64,000 nt of DNA from Narcine bancroftii (lineage: Eukaryota): positions 65,534,001-65,598,000 of the forward strand of contig NC_091470.1 of NCBI RefSeq assembly GCF_036971445.1, written 5' to 3'. Within the stretch, counting starts at the first letter, position 1. Each line of letters opens with the position of its first letter. Both the position numbers and the translations under genes were made by a program. Shown here piece after piece: positions 38,554 through 49,727 of this stretch. Under the pieces are notes generated by a model. It worked only from the letters and a program-made list of their open reading frames with translations. It searched no databases and was not told the origin of the DNA.

Positions 38554-41500
38554 TCAGCTGCAGGCTCGTTTGTGGCTGACAAGTCCGATGTGGGACAGGC
38601 AGACACGATTGCAGCGGTTGCAGGGGAAAATTGGTTGGTTGGGGTTGGGTGTTGGGTTTTTCCTCCTTTGCCTTTTGTCAGTGAGGTGGGCTCTGCGGTC
38701 TTCTTCAAAGGAGATTGCTGCCCGCCAAACTGTGAGGCGCCAAGATGCACGGTTTGAGGCGTTATCAGTCCACTGGCGGTGGTCAATGTGGCAGGCACCA
38801 AGAGATTTCTTTAGGCAGTCCTTGTACCTTTTCTTTGGTGCACCTCTGTCACGGTGGCCAGTGGAGAGCTCGCCATATAACACGATCTTGGGAAGGCGAT
38901 GGTCCTCCATTCTGGAGACGTGACCCATCCAGCGCAGCTGGATCTTCAGCAGCGTGGACTCGATGCTGTCGACCTCTGCCATCTCGAGTACTTCGACGTT
39001 AGGGATGTAAGCGCTCCAATGGATGTTGAGGATGGAGCGGAGACAACGCTGGTGGAAGCGTTCTAGGAGCCGTAGGTGGTGCCAGTAGAGGACCCATGAT
39101 TCGGAGCCGAAAAGGAGTGTGGGTATGACAACGGCTCTGTATACGCTTATCTTTGTGAGGTTTTTCAGTTGGTTGTTTTTCCAGACTCTTTTGTGTAGTC
39201 TTCCAAAGGCGCTATTTGCCTTGGCGAGTCTGTTGTCTATCTCATTGTCGATCCTTGCATCTGATGAAATGGTGCAGCCGAGATAGGTAAACTGGTTGAC
39301 CGTTTTGAGTTTTGTGTGCCCGATGGAGATGTGGGGGGGCTGGTAATCATGGTGGGGAGCTGGCTGATGGAGGACCTCAGTTTTCTTCAGGCTGACTTCC
39401 AGGCCAAACATTTTGGCAGTTTCCGCAAAGCAGGACGTCAAGCGCTGAAGAGCTGGCTCTGAATGGGCAACTAAAGCGGCATCGTCTGCAAAGAGTAGTT
39501 CACGGACAAGTTTCTCTTGTGTCTTGGTGTGAGCTTGCAGGCGCCTCAGATTGAAGAGACTGCCATCCGTGCGGTACCGGATGTAAACAGCGTCTTCATT
39601 GTTGGGGTCTTTCATGGCTTGGTTCAGCATCATGCTGAAGAAGATTGAAAAGAGGGTTGGTGTCAGAACACAGCCTTGCTTCACGCCATTGTTAATGGAG
39701 AAGGGTTCAGAGAGCTCATTGCTGTATCTGACCCGACCTTGTTGGTTTTCGTGCAGTTGGATAATCATGTTGAGGAACTTTGGGGGACATCCGATGCGCT
39801 CTAGTATTTGCCAAAGCCCTTTCCTGCTCACGGTGTCGAAGGCTTTGGTGAGGTCAACAAAGGTGATGTAGAGTCCTTTGTTTTGTTCTCTGCATTTTTC
39901 TTGGAGCTGTCTGAGGGCAAAGACCATGTCAGTAGTTCCTCTGTTTGCGTGAAAGCCGCACTGTGATTCTGGGAGAATATTCTCGGCGACACTAGGTATT
40001 ATTCTATTTAGTAGAATCCTAGCGAAGATTTTGCCTGCAATGGAGAGCAACGTGATTCCCCTGTAGTTTGAGCAGTCTGATTTCTCGCCTTTGTTTTTGT
40101 ACAGGGTGATGATGGTGGCATCACGAAGATCCTGAGGCAGTTTACCTTGGTCCCAACAAAGCTTGAAAAACTCATGCAGTTTGGCATGCAGAGTTTTGCC
40201 GCCAGCCTTCCAGACTTCTGGGGGGATTCCATCCATACCTGCTGCTTTGCCACTTTTCAGTTGTTCGATTGCCTTATATGTCTCATCCAGGGTGGGAACC
40301 TCATCCAGCTCTAGCCTTAGGGGCTGTTGAGGGAGCTGGAGCAGGGCGGAATCTTGGACTGAGCGGTTGGCACTGAAAAGGGATTGGAAGTGTTCTGACC
40401 TTCGGTTGAGGATGGAGATCTTGTTGCTGAGGAGGACTTTGGCGTCTGAGCTGCGCAGCGGGCTTTGGACTTGGGGTGAGGGGCCGTACACAGCCTTTAG
40501 AGCCTCGTAGAAACCCCTGAAGTCGCCAATGTCCGCGCTGAGCTGGGTTCGTTTGGCGAGGCTAGTCCACCACTCATTTTGGATCTCCCGGAGTTTGCGC
40601 TGAAGATGGCTGCATGCGCGACGGAAGGCTTGTTTCTTCTCTGGACAGGACGGCTTTGTAAGGTGAGCCTGGTGGGCAGCTCGCTTCTTTGCCAGCAGCA
40701 CCTGGATTTCCTGGCTGTTTTCGTCAAACCAGTCCTTGTTTTTCCTGGAGGAGAAGCCCAGTACCTCTTCAGTGGATTGCAGTATGGTAGTCTTCAACTG
40801 AACCCAGAGGGTTTCAGGGGACGGGTCCGTGAGGCGGGTTGCATCGTCGAGCTTTGCTTTGAGGTTTGCCTGGAAGTTTCCTCTCGCTTCGTCTGACTGC
40901 AGGTTTCCAACATTGAACCTCTTTCTGGGGGCTTTATTGTTCCTGGGCTTTGGTTTGAAGTGAAGGTTGAGCTTGCAGCGAACCAGCCGGTGGTCAGTGT
41001 GGCATTCCGCGCTAGGCATGACCCTGGTGTGGAGCACATCTCGTTTGTCACTTTCTCGCACCAGGATGTAGTCCAGGAGGTGCCAGTGTTTGGATCGGGG
41101 ATGCATCCAGGTGGTCTTAAGGCTGTCCCTCTGCTGAAAAAGGGTGTTAGTAATGACAAGCCGCTGTTCTGCGCAGAGCTCCAACAGGAGGCGCCCATTG
41201 TCGTTGCACTTGCCGACGCCATGCTTGCCCAGGATTCCTGGCCAGGTTTCTGAGTCTTTGCCGACACGAGCGTTGAAGTCGCCCAGGATGACAACCTTGT
41301 CGGCTGTAGGGGTGCGTTGGATGAGGTTGCGCAGGTCGGTGTAGAACTTGTCCTTTTCTGCTGGTTCCGCCTGGAGGGTTGGAGCATAGACACTGATGAG
41401 GGTGATGTGACGCTTGTTTTGAAGGGGGAGTCGCATGGACATGATTCGGTCCGAGAGGCCTGTCGGAAGGTTTTCGAGTTTGGAGGCAATGAAGCTCTTG

Positions 41501-41868
41501 ACCATGAAGCCTACACCAGATAGGCGTCGTTCATCCGAAGGCTTGCCAGACCAGTAGAGTGTGTAGCCCGCGCCGCGTTCTTGGAGGCTGCCTACATCTG
41601 CCAGGCGGACTTCACTGAGACCGGCTATGTCAATGTCAAGTCTGAGGAGTTCATGTGCAATGAGGGCAGACCGACGTTCAGGTCGGTGGCTGTCAGCCTT
41701 GTCTAGCATGGTTCTGATGTTCCAGCATGCTAGTTTGAGTTTGTGAGCATCTTTTGAGGGGGAGGACGTGGAGGGGGAGGACGTGGAGCGGGAGGACATG
41801 GAGGGGGAGGACGTGGAGGGGGAGGACGTGGAGGGGGAGGACGTGGACCTGTCCTCGGGCCTGCGCAA
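38554..41868 (-). CDS. RTE ORF: AP endonuclease + reverse transcriptase + C-terminal zinc-finger-like motif
   Basis: WNIRT, LSEVR, VYAPT, GDFNA, LDYI, TDHRLV; DLTKAFD, QGCVL, FADD. 1104 codons without a stop; the listed start is TTG and the first in-frame ATG is at 41799. Confidence 0.93.
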   Translation of the reverse strand: MRRPEDRSTSSPSTSSPSTSSPSMSSRSTSSPSTSSPSKDAHKLKLACWNIRTMLDKADSHRPERRSALIAHELLRLDIDIAGLSEVRLADVGSLQERGAGYTLYWSGKPSDERRLSGVGFMVKSFIASKLENLPTGLSDRIMSMRLPLQNKRHITLISVYAPTLQAEPAEKDKFYTDLRNLIQRTPTADKVVILGDFNARVGKDSETWPGILGKHGVGKCNDNGRLLLELCAEQRLVITNTLFQQRDSLKTTWMHPRSKHWHLLDYILVRESDKRDVLHTRVMPSAECHTDHRLVRCKLNLHFKPKPRNNKAPRKRFNVGNLQSDEARGNFQANLKAKLDDATRLTDPSPETLWVQLKTTILQSTEEVLGFSSRKNKDWFDENSQEIQVLLAKKRAAHQAHLTKPSCPEKKQAFRRACSHLQRKLREIQNEWWTSLAKRTQLSADIGDFRGFYEALKAVYGPSPQVQSPLRSSDAKVLLSNKISILNRRSEHFQSLFSANRSVQDSALLQLPQQPLRLELDEVPTLDETYKAIEQLKSGKAAGMDGIPPEVWKAGGKTLHAKLHEFFKLCWDQGKLPQDLRDATIITLYKNKGEKSDCSNYRGITLLSIAGKIFARILLNRIIPSVAENILPESQCGFHANRGTTDMVFALRQLQEKCREQNKGLYITFVDLTKAFDTVSRKGLWQILERIGCPPKFLNMIIQLHENQQGRVRYSNELSEPFSINNGVKQGCVLTPTLFSIFFSMMLNQAMKDPNNEDAVYIRYRTDGSLFNLRRLQAHTKTQEKLVRELLFADDAALVAHSEPALQRLTSCFAETAKMFGLEVSLKKTEVLHQPAPHHDYQPPHISIGHTKLKTVNQFTYLGCTISSDARIDNEIDNRLAKANSAFGRLHKRVWKNNQLKNLTKISVYRAVVIPTLLFGSESWVLYWHHLRLLERFHQRCLRSILNIHWSAYIPNVEVLEMAEVDSIESTLLKIQLRWMGHVSRMEDHRLPKIVLYGELSTGHRDRGAPKKRYKDCLKKSLGACHIDHRQWTDNASNRASWRLTVWRAAISFEEDRRAHLTDKRQRRKNPTPNPNQPIFPCNRCNRVCLSHIGLVSHKRACS
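41756..41845. repeat. 6 x 15-bp G-rich tandem repeat inside the RTE ORF (encodes TSSPS)
   Basis: GAGGGGGAGGACGTG x6, with one variant unit. Confidence 0.95.
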
Positions 41869-42169
41869 AGGAGCTTACTAAATCAAGAAATGTCACAATT
41901 ACATCATTTGGACATGAGGTCAAAATTAAAACATCATAAAGGATAAAGGAGATAGAAATAATGCAGATGGAGCCAAAAAAGAGTAAAAGACAAAAGAAGA
42001 AATTAAGATTGCAATGCAGCAAGATTGTAACCTGCTGTACCAGAGATCGAAGCACACTTGTTCATTGCTACACCAATATAAGGAAGGTCTACCATTCTTT
42101 TCCAAGGTCATATTCTGGCAAATTCATCTATGCTCTGTCTGCTGAATGCAAATAAAACCTAAAAAGAGA

Positions 42170-43890
42170 AGCTCCAGAGATCAGAACAGCCAAAAGGTGA
42201 ACAGCCAAAAGGTGAACAGGGGAGGTTGAAGAACTGTTATAGGACTGCCTCATGTCAGTGGATTGGGCAGTTTTCAAGAACTCAGCTGAGGATCTGAATG
42301 ATTACACCAGGGTCACTGCAAACTTTATCAAAACAGCTGTTTTCAAGTGTGTCCTCACCAAATTATTCAGGTTTTCCTGAACCAGAGACCCTGGAAGAAC
42401 AACAAAATCTGAAACATGCTGAGATCCAGATCACAGGAATTTATGGAGATCCTGAACAATACACAAAGTGCAGGTACATTTTACTAAAAGCCATCTTCTG
42501 GACAAAATGGAGATTCCAGATGTAAATGGAAACAACAAAAGATATTCAACAGATGTGGGAGGGTCTTAATGGCATAACCTGCTGCAAAACCAAATCCGGT
42601 TCAGTAGGAGACAGTAAAGCTTAATTCCCAGATGAACACTCAATGCCTTCTTCACCTGAATTGACCACCAAAACAAGGAAGAACCACTACTGCACACCCC
42701 ATGTCCCCTGATGATCCTCTCCTGTCAGTACTCGAGGATGACATGCGGGCAGCTATCAGGAGAGCATCCGGTCAGGATGGAGTACTGAAAACCTGTGCTG
42801 ACCAACTTGCCAATGTATTCATGGATATCTTTAACATCTCACTCTGGCAGGTTGTGGTACCCACCTGTTTCTAACAGGCCTCAATCGTACCTGTGCCCAA
42901 GAAGATGTTGGTAACCTGCCAAAATTACTACTGACAAATGGCACTTACATCCACAGAGATTAAATGTTTTGAGAGGCTATATTGAAGTAGATCAGTTCCT
43001 GTATGAGCGGTGACAAGGATCCATTCCAATTTGCCTACTGCAGCCACAGGTCTACAGTGGATGCCATCTCACTGTCTCTAAACAAAACCCTGAAATAGCT
43101 CTTTAGTTCGGCATTCAACACTATCATTCCCTCAAAACTGATCAGCAAACTTCAGGTTCTGGGCCTCAATAACCCACTCTGCAATTGGATCATGGATTTC
43201 CTCACCTCAAGACCACGGTGCAGATTGGCAAGAACATCTCCTCTACAATCTCCATTGGTATCATAGCACCACAGGGCTGTGTTCTTAGCCCCCTGCTACA
43301 ATAACACCATTTACAAATTTGCTGATGACATCACAGTTGTAGTTAGTTGAATAAAAAAAAGGGGATAAGTCAGCACACAGAAGGAAAATTGAAAATTTGG
43401 CTAAATGATGGACTAACAACAAACTCGCATTCTATGTCACCACAACCAAGGAGCTGATTGTGGACTTCAGGAGGGGAAAACCAGAGGTGTACAATCCAGT
43501 GAGGTAGGGATGGTGAGCATATTTATATACTGGACCCAACACACAATGTCATTGTGAAGAAAGCACATGTGAGGCTCTACTTTCTCAAGAGTTTGTGGAG
43601 ATTTGGCACAACATTGAAAACCTTGGCAAACTTCTACAAATGTGTAGTGGAAAGCTGACCAGCTGCACCAATATCTCTGAGCAGAAAGCTCTGCAAAAGG
43701 TAGAGGATACAGTCCATTACATCACAGGCAAAACACTCCCCACCATTGAGAACATCTACAGGGACTTCTGCCATCGCAGAGCAGCAGCAATTATCGTGGA
43801 TCCACACCACCCAGGACAGGCTCTGTTCTCACTGCTGGCATCAGGAAAGAGGTATAGGTGCCACAAGACTCATTCTACCAGGTTCAAGTT
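42170..43890 (+). mobile_element. Rex1/Babar LINE, decayed
   Basis: [51 protein letters not shown]. Confidence 0.85.
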
Positions 43891-44435
43891 CACTTCATTT
43901 TCTGGTGCACTGCGCCAGTCCTCTGCTTCCCCGGAGCCTGTAACACCTCCAGGCTGCCTCTGATCATAGACACCGCCATTCTGGTTTAAATAAAACCACC
44001 GTCGGTTCCTTTAATAGGCTTTTTAAATTCTGTACAGAGTTAACAGCAGTTGGAATAGCAGTTGGACCTCGCGGGAGCGCTGTCTCTCTGCTCCCTGCTC
44101 TCCGCAGGTCTGCACCAGCAGCAGCACTGCCGATAAAAAAGCTCCAGCAGCGCCGCATGTTTTTATAGATGCCACAAGATTTGTACCATCAAGTTCAGGA
44201 ACAGCTGCTACCCTCCACCATCAGACTCCTAAACAACAAACTCAATAAGAGTCATTTAAGGACTCTTACTTTGCACCTTATTTATATTGGTTTTTGTTTT
44301 CTGTATTGCATAGTTTGGTGAGACTTATTTCTTCATTTGTGTATCTTATCTTGACTGTCCTTTTGTTTTTTGCACTCCTGATATGTAGAAATTCTGGCTG
44401 GCCTCCAGGAAAAAGACAATAAATCTGAACTTTGA
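43890..44435 (+). mobile_element. Second copy (reverse orientation) of the composite Rex-tailed element
   Basis: Reverse complement of ~19997-20570, ending gacaataaatctgaact. Confidence 0.7.
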
Positions 44436-47030
44436 AATTTTAACTTCTTAAGAAAACAGAAACACGAGTGCGAAAGAAAAACACAAGAACACCCAGATAT
44501 ATTTCAAATCTTCCGACTGTGCATGAATGTCCACCACTTTGTGGCTGTTACAATGGACTTGATATGTCCAAAACAAGCATCGCTCAGAAACCTCAATCTA
44601 ATGTCATTTCTCAAGAATAAGAAATTGTTAATATCACGTTTATGTTGCAATATATGTTAACTAGAGGACCAGACTAATAAAAAGGCAAACTTATGGATTC
44701 AAATTCAGATTTTGAGATTATGGAAATAAAAATAACTGGTACCAATAAATTGACAAAATGCCAAATGTAATCATGGTTTTATATATGACACCAGGACCAT
44801 AAATCACAAAGGTATATCAAATCACAACAACAGAATAGTACTTCAAGAAGAGGGATCGACATTATTTCAAAGCAGCCAGGTTTGCTGGCCCCATCAGCAA
44901 TTTCCACATCTTAAGAATTAGTAGAAAAATCTCAATCTCTAAAAATTTCCAATCTAAAACAAGGTTCACGAAAACTTCAACAACAAGAAAACAAATGCCT
45001 CATTTATGGCTGCACTGATAAAAATTATAACTTCAAGCTACAAACATGCAACTGTTAAAGAAACACAAAAGTTGTGTAAAATATGAAAGCAAGCATTGCT
45101 GCTATAATTGGTCAGCCGTAGTTCAACTTAGTGACAAACAAACCACGAGACCAGAACTTGAAGGGTCTGTAAACCTGACCTGAGAAAAGATGAAAATGCT
45201 CTCTTGAACATTCTTTCAGAAACTACTTTTTTTCTTTACAACATTTTTATTCAGTCTTCAACAAATGCTCATCATGTTTTCAAACAATTCAACCAATGTA
45301 CTCTATTCTTACATAGATTAAGAAAAAATATGTATTACAATTCTACACTTCATATTTGGTATACATCTTTCATCCCTTTGCTTTTATTAAATATCCATTA
45401 TTTTTTAAAGCTGAGAATGAAAAGCAAGATGGCACAATGTACAAGACTGTATTTCATTAGCTGATGTTTATCATTACTGCACATGGGAAATTGAGGTGAA
45501 TCAATTGCATTTAGCAATACTGGAGAGTTAAACCAATAGCACTGAAAGAATGATGCTGTGATTTAGCAGCACTGATGTGTGGTTGATGGAGATGATTAAC
45601 ATTGGAGAAAGAAAACTTGGGATGAACAGAAATTATGCGCTTGGTTGAATGCCAACAGTGGATACTTGGAAAAAGAAGTATACCTTAAATAATGATTGAT
45701 ATTAGGGACAAGCAGGGAAGTGCATCAAATGTACAGACAGACTGAAGCTTAAGAATACAAGTAAAAATAAATTGAGCATGTGGAAGAGGAGTAACTTTAG
45801 ATCTAAAATGACAAAGATATGAGAAACAAATTCTGGTTAAAATCTGATAAAACCTCAACATAAATAAAACCTGCTAACAGAGTGTGAAAATATTGCAGAT
45901 AGGAGAAATTTTCCAGTTCTGCTGCATCAAGATATGTGTAATTAGAATGCAAGAAGCATGGATTTGTTTGAATTGCAAAGTCCTGAACAATATGCAAAAT
46001 AAAAATGCATGATCTCGAATGGAGAATAAATGTTATTTTCCATGTCTACAATTGAAAAATAAAAAAAGCCACTGGTTAATGTTGCTGCTTTTTTGCTAAT
46101 ATGGATTTATCCTCCATGTCCCCATGCCAGATTGATAAGGGTGGGAATAACATGACATTTATGCTCAAAGATGCGCCCCCCCACCCCCCCCCACAATGGA
46201 TTTTCAGTGTCATTTTGCACATGACTCTTCAGAACCTATTGCTCAGGGACAAAGCTGCTGAGATTTAGCCCATCTCAGAATATTTTTTCTGGGAGTCTGA
46301 GGCTGGGGAACAGTCAAGCGAACCACTCCATCAATTAGGCTGTAGAGCAGCATAGATGCAGAGAGGCAAGCTTCAATAATTAAATGAAAACTTGGAGATT
46401 TCTAAGAGAGGTATTTTTTTTCTAACTTGGTATCTAATTACAAGCTCACATTCATTATTATTTGCGCCTTTAATTTTTTTCCTCATATGATTCATATCAT
46501 CAACAATTTAAATATTTTAATTATTCTAACGAAGTTTCTAGGCTGCTTTATCAGCTTTTTGCAAAAAAGAGATTGGGAACCTTACATCTTTTGTTCTACA
46601 GTACTTATATTTTATGTTTGACAAACACATTTTCTTTTAATAAATAGGAATCAATATTCAAAGAACATTTGTGATTTTATGGCTCAGATGATCATTTATA
46701 AGATCAATGTTTCATATTACGGCAAAATACCAGTTGTGCAAACCAAACCGTATTCTTCTGTAGATGAAGATTTAGCAAAAATATTCTCCTTTGTAAAACA
46801 ATCTTACTCTGAAATTCATTTCACTTCATGCAAGGGTAAATGACAATTAATTCATAATCCTGTACGTACAGCAGATGACAAGTGGGCGTTTAGAATTCTC
46901 AGTTAAAGATAACCTCTGACAGTGACATTTGTTGTCTGACTGATGAGTCATCCAATGTTTAAGCTCAATGTCAGCTCTGAAATAATAAAGACAGCCTGGG
47001 GGTGCAAATCAGAGTTTTTTTCATCCTTAC

Positions 47031-47357
47031 TGTAGCTTCAATACAGACACAAATACATTTATGGGAGGCCATTTTCTCACTTTCTATTGCTGCTGTCTTC
47101 CATTAATGGGTGGTGCAGAATCTCAGGGGAAGAATGAGCTAATCAAAAGCATCTGTATCTAGGCAACCGTACCCATGATTTTCACAAGTTAGAACAGCTG
47201 AGATTCTTCAGGCTGATGACCAGTCACAAGAACATCAGAGTGCCGATATTTCAACCCCCTTCATTTATGCTCTCTCATCACAGTGACATTCAATCCTTTT
47301 CCAGTGAACACCCTCCCCCTCCATTCAATAAATAACCACTCAAGCATGTATAATAAC
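47031..47357 (-). pseudogene. Exon relic, CPLANE1-like
   Basis: Donor GTaagg. GTLMFL*LVISLKNLSCSNL*KSWVRL vs recalled GCIFLWEYLELKNILSSKSLSLAGRWSQV, with TGA at the W position. Confidence 0.55.
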
Positions 47358-48251
47358 CTAAGCTTGAATAGACACAACTGAGCAAGATTTTAACATGTGG
47401 AAAGCTTGAATTGTAATTTAGTTAGCTGTCAAAGACATTTAAAATTCCTGTGATACTTTCATCCAGAATATTCTTTTCTGGTAATGTGTTCTGAACAGTC
47501 TAAGTGAAAGTAAATTCTCGCAGAGTTTTCAATAAAGAGTAGAAAAATTAAAGTAAAAGATGAATTGTGACATCCATCAAATTAAAGAATCAAACATGTA
47601 TAAAATGAATTGCTAAACATTCGTTGATGGATTACAAAGTTCCCCACACCAACATCAGAGCTGTAGAGCAAATAATAAGAATGTGGTTACTGCCAAACAA
47701 AGGAAAGCAGTTTAGCAAACAATCCTAAATCCTTGTAATCCTAAATAAAATGTTGTCATCAATATTTCAGTTGCTTCTTCAGTGTAAAAATAGTTTTGCA
47801 TTGCAAAATAAATTGAATGCCACAGTTAACTTTTATTGAATGAACTGAATTGATTTTTGCAAGAATGAAGAATAGGGATCAAATATTTTTATTGTCTCTG
47901 CACAAACGTCCTACTAATTTCTACTCTCCTTTTTGATCTACAATTGGGAGGAATTGATGCAAAGAGCTATGAAAATTTACAAATGTCATATATTAATTTT
48001 CTATTTAAAAGCAGGATTTAAAACAAGTCATGCTTTGGACAATTTATTCTGGATATTGAAAAAAATTAAGTTTTTACAAAATCATTTGAGTGTCTGAAGT
48101 TAAATCAATTGAACATTTTAAATAGCTAAATGTTCCGCATTATATAAAAATGTGAACAATCTCAATTTTTAAAATTCCATTTCAATATCTTGTGAAAAGA
48201 AATAATAAAATATTGCTGGATATAAACTTCAAACCACTGAAAAATCATTAC

Positions 48252-48330
48252 CTGAAGGATTTCCAACACCTGGCAGCTCTGACAGAATTGGCATAATTAT
48301 TCCAAAGAAACAAACACAATATAGGTAGGC
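48252..48330 (-). pseudogene. Exon relic, CPLANE1-like
   Basis: tacAG..CAG|GTaatg. GLPILCLFLWNNYANSVRA vs recalled GVLTTGELFLWNKDQDCLKT. Confidence 0.55.
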
Positions 48331-49488
48331 CTGTATGATAAATCATGAATGCTGTATGTTACTAAGATTTATGGTGATAATCTTGCATAAAAAGCAAGAA
48401 ATGTACAATACTTTTACAAGGACTGGAAACCTATAGAATTTTCATCTATTAAATGCGATTTTCCTTTCTCCCCTCGATGCATATCCCAGCTGGCTAACAT
48501 CACTGTGGATAAAACAACAAAATGCATTTGTAGCAGTACACAATGCATTGAAGAAACTGATCTCAAAATTAAATGTCAATAGAATATTTTGCATTATCTG
48601 GCTAAGCTTGTAAATACCCATTACTTGTTCACAATTTACCATACCCTCATATTAGCAATGTTTACTGCACAAGTTTTATCCAAGCATCTTCCAACAAACC
48701 AAACAGCTCCTCCCAGTGCCCTTAAATCACCTAAAATCACTTGGAGAATACTGTAATGGTATTTTGGTTTACTCCATAGTGATTCTGCTTCTCAGAATTA
48801 ACCCAACTGATCCAGTTTACGTCAGTACCATTTGACCTGCATCATATTCCTTTCTCCCTAGTGCACTTATTTGTAGACTGCAAAGTTAGTCGAAAAATCA
48901 AACAGATATATGTAGTCTATTCTCAACAAAGTTAGTTCTCAAGTAGGAATAAATGCTATTTTCAGATCTGCAAAACATCATTACTCAAGTTGGAAGCAGA
49001 ATTGTGTTCCTGAGCCTTTGTGGATCAGATTGTAAGTTGTCTCTATCTCTGCTGAATTACTGCTTTTCAAAAAAACATGTAAAAACTATATCATGCAAAT
49101 CTGGAGAACCAGGTTAAAAATTATCCAAGATTTTGAAAACTTCAATCCAGGGTTTGCCAGCTGAGCCAACATTTAATCGCTCATCCCTAATTGCCCTTAT
49201 GAAGGCGCTGTTGAGCTTCCTTCATGAAGCATGGCAGTACTTGATGTGTAGGTATATCTACAATACTGGATAGGTTGGGAGTTCTAGGATTTTGAACCAA
49301 CGCTTGCAAAGGAATGGAAATACATTTCCAACTCAGGATAGTGTGTAGCCTGGAAGATATTTCCATGTATTTGCTTTAAGGTATTTCCATGTATTTGTTG
49401 CCCTTGTACTTCTTGCTGGCACAAGGCATGGATTTGAAAGATGCAGTCTAAGGACCCTTGGAGAATTGATGCAATGCATCCTGTAGAT

Positions 49489-49727
49489 CAGCCATTTTCA
49501 ACCTTTTTTGGCTGTGGCCCCCTTAGAATTCAGCTCAAATTTTATGGGCCCCCTTCCCTGTGAAGCAGTCAAGGTTTGGTTTCTTCCTTACCAACCGACT
49601 GCATTAAAAAAATTAGAAAATATTCATGTTTTGTGAGATAAAAAGAAAACAAGGGTTTTACTTAAATGTGCTGTGGCCTTCAGGGCGAGGGGAGGTGAGG
49701 CCATAGGGCCCCTGCTGAAAATGGCAA
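49489..49727. mobile_element. hAT MITE inside an older LINE-like fragment (~49150-49800)
   Basis: CAGCCATTTTCAAC..GCTGAAAATGGC; same family as 56821-56993. Confidence 0.65.

Larger units (their letters stand above)
38496..41877 (-). mobile_element. RTE-clade (BovB-like) LINE, nearly full coding length
   Basis: EN-RT ORF, 3' tail GCCAAGCCAATGAAGAAAG. 5'UTR apparently missing and no clear TSD. Confidence 0.97.
4026..48640 (-). pseudogene. CPLANE1: Divergent multi-exon CPLANE1 (JBTS17/C5orf42)-like pseudogene; boundaries approximate
   Basis: About 15 minus-strand segments, several with AG/GT borders, translate to motifs colinear with recalled human CPLANE1: LFLWN (48252-48330), FL*..LKN..W (47031-47357), LN..AT.ILLL (38036-38233), EFG..F..H..I (37311-37502), LLIYNFVLIRTL..M..L.IE..Q (36703-37110), LAR..LAQHF (~30850), LLLP..T.A and VFGQP (27288-27458), VRQMLKDSVLA (25310-25345), APPIFC (24815-24832), VEIPLRQK (15748-15771), NIGT..W..E.P (~14790). 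Many stops and frameshifts. Confidence 0.65.

Noticed and set aside
38483-38923. Recurring antisense ORF (AWLRGRRFMEGVKSP..), also at 6355, 61047 and 62777
   Set aside because: It recurs only because the RTE copies are near-identical; its start differs with each flank.
40794-41489. 231-aa alternative-frame ORF in the RTE
   Set aside because: Shadow ORF of GC-rich coding sequence with no recognisable motifs.
42184-42218. 15-bp direct duplication, similar to those at ~15424, ~29343 and ~49358
   Set aside because: Ordinary slippage duplications.
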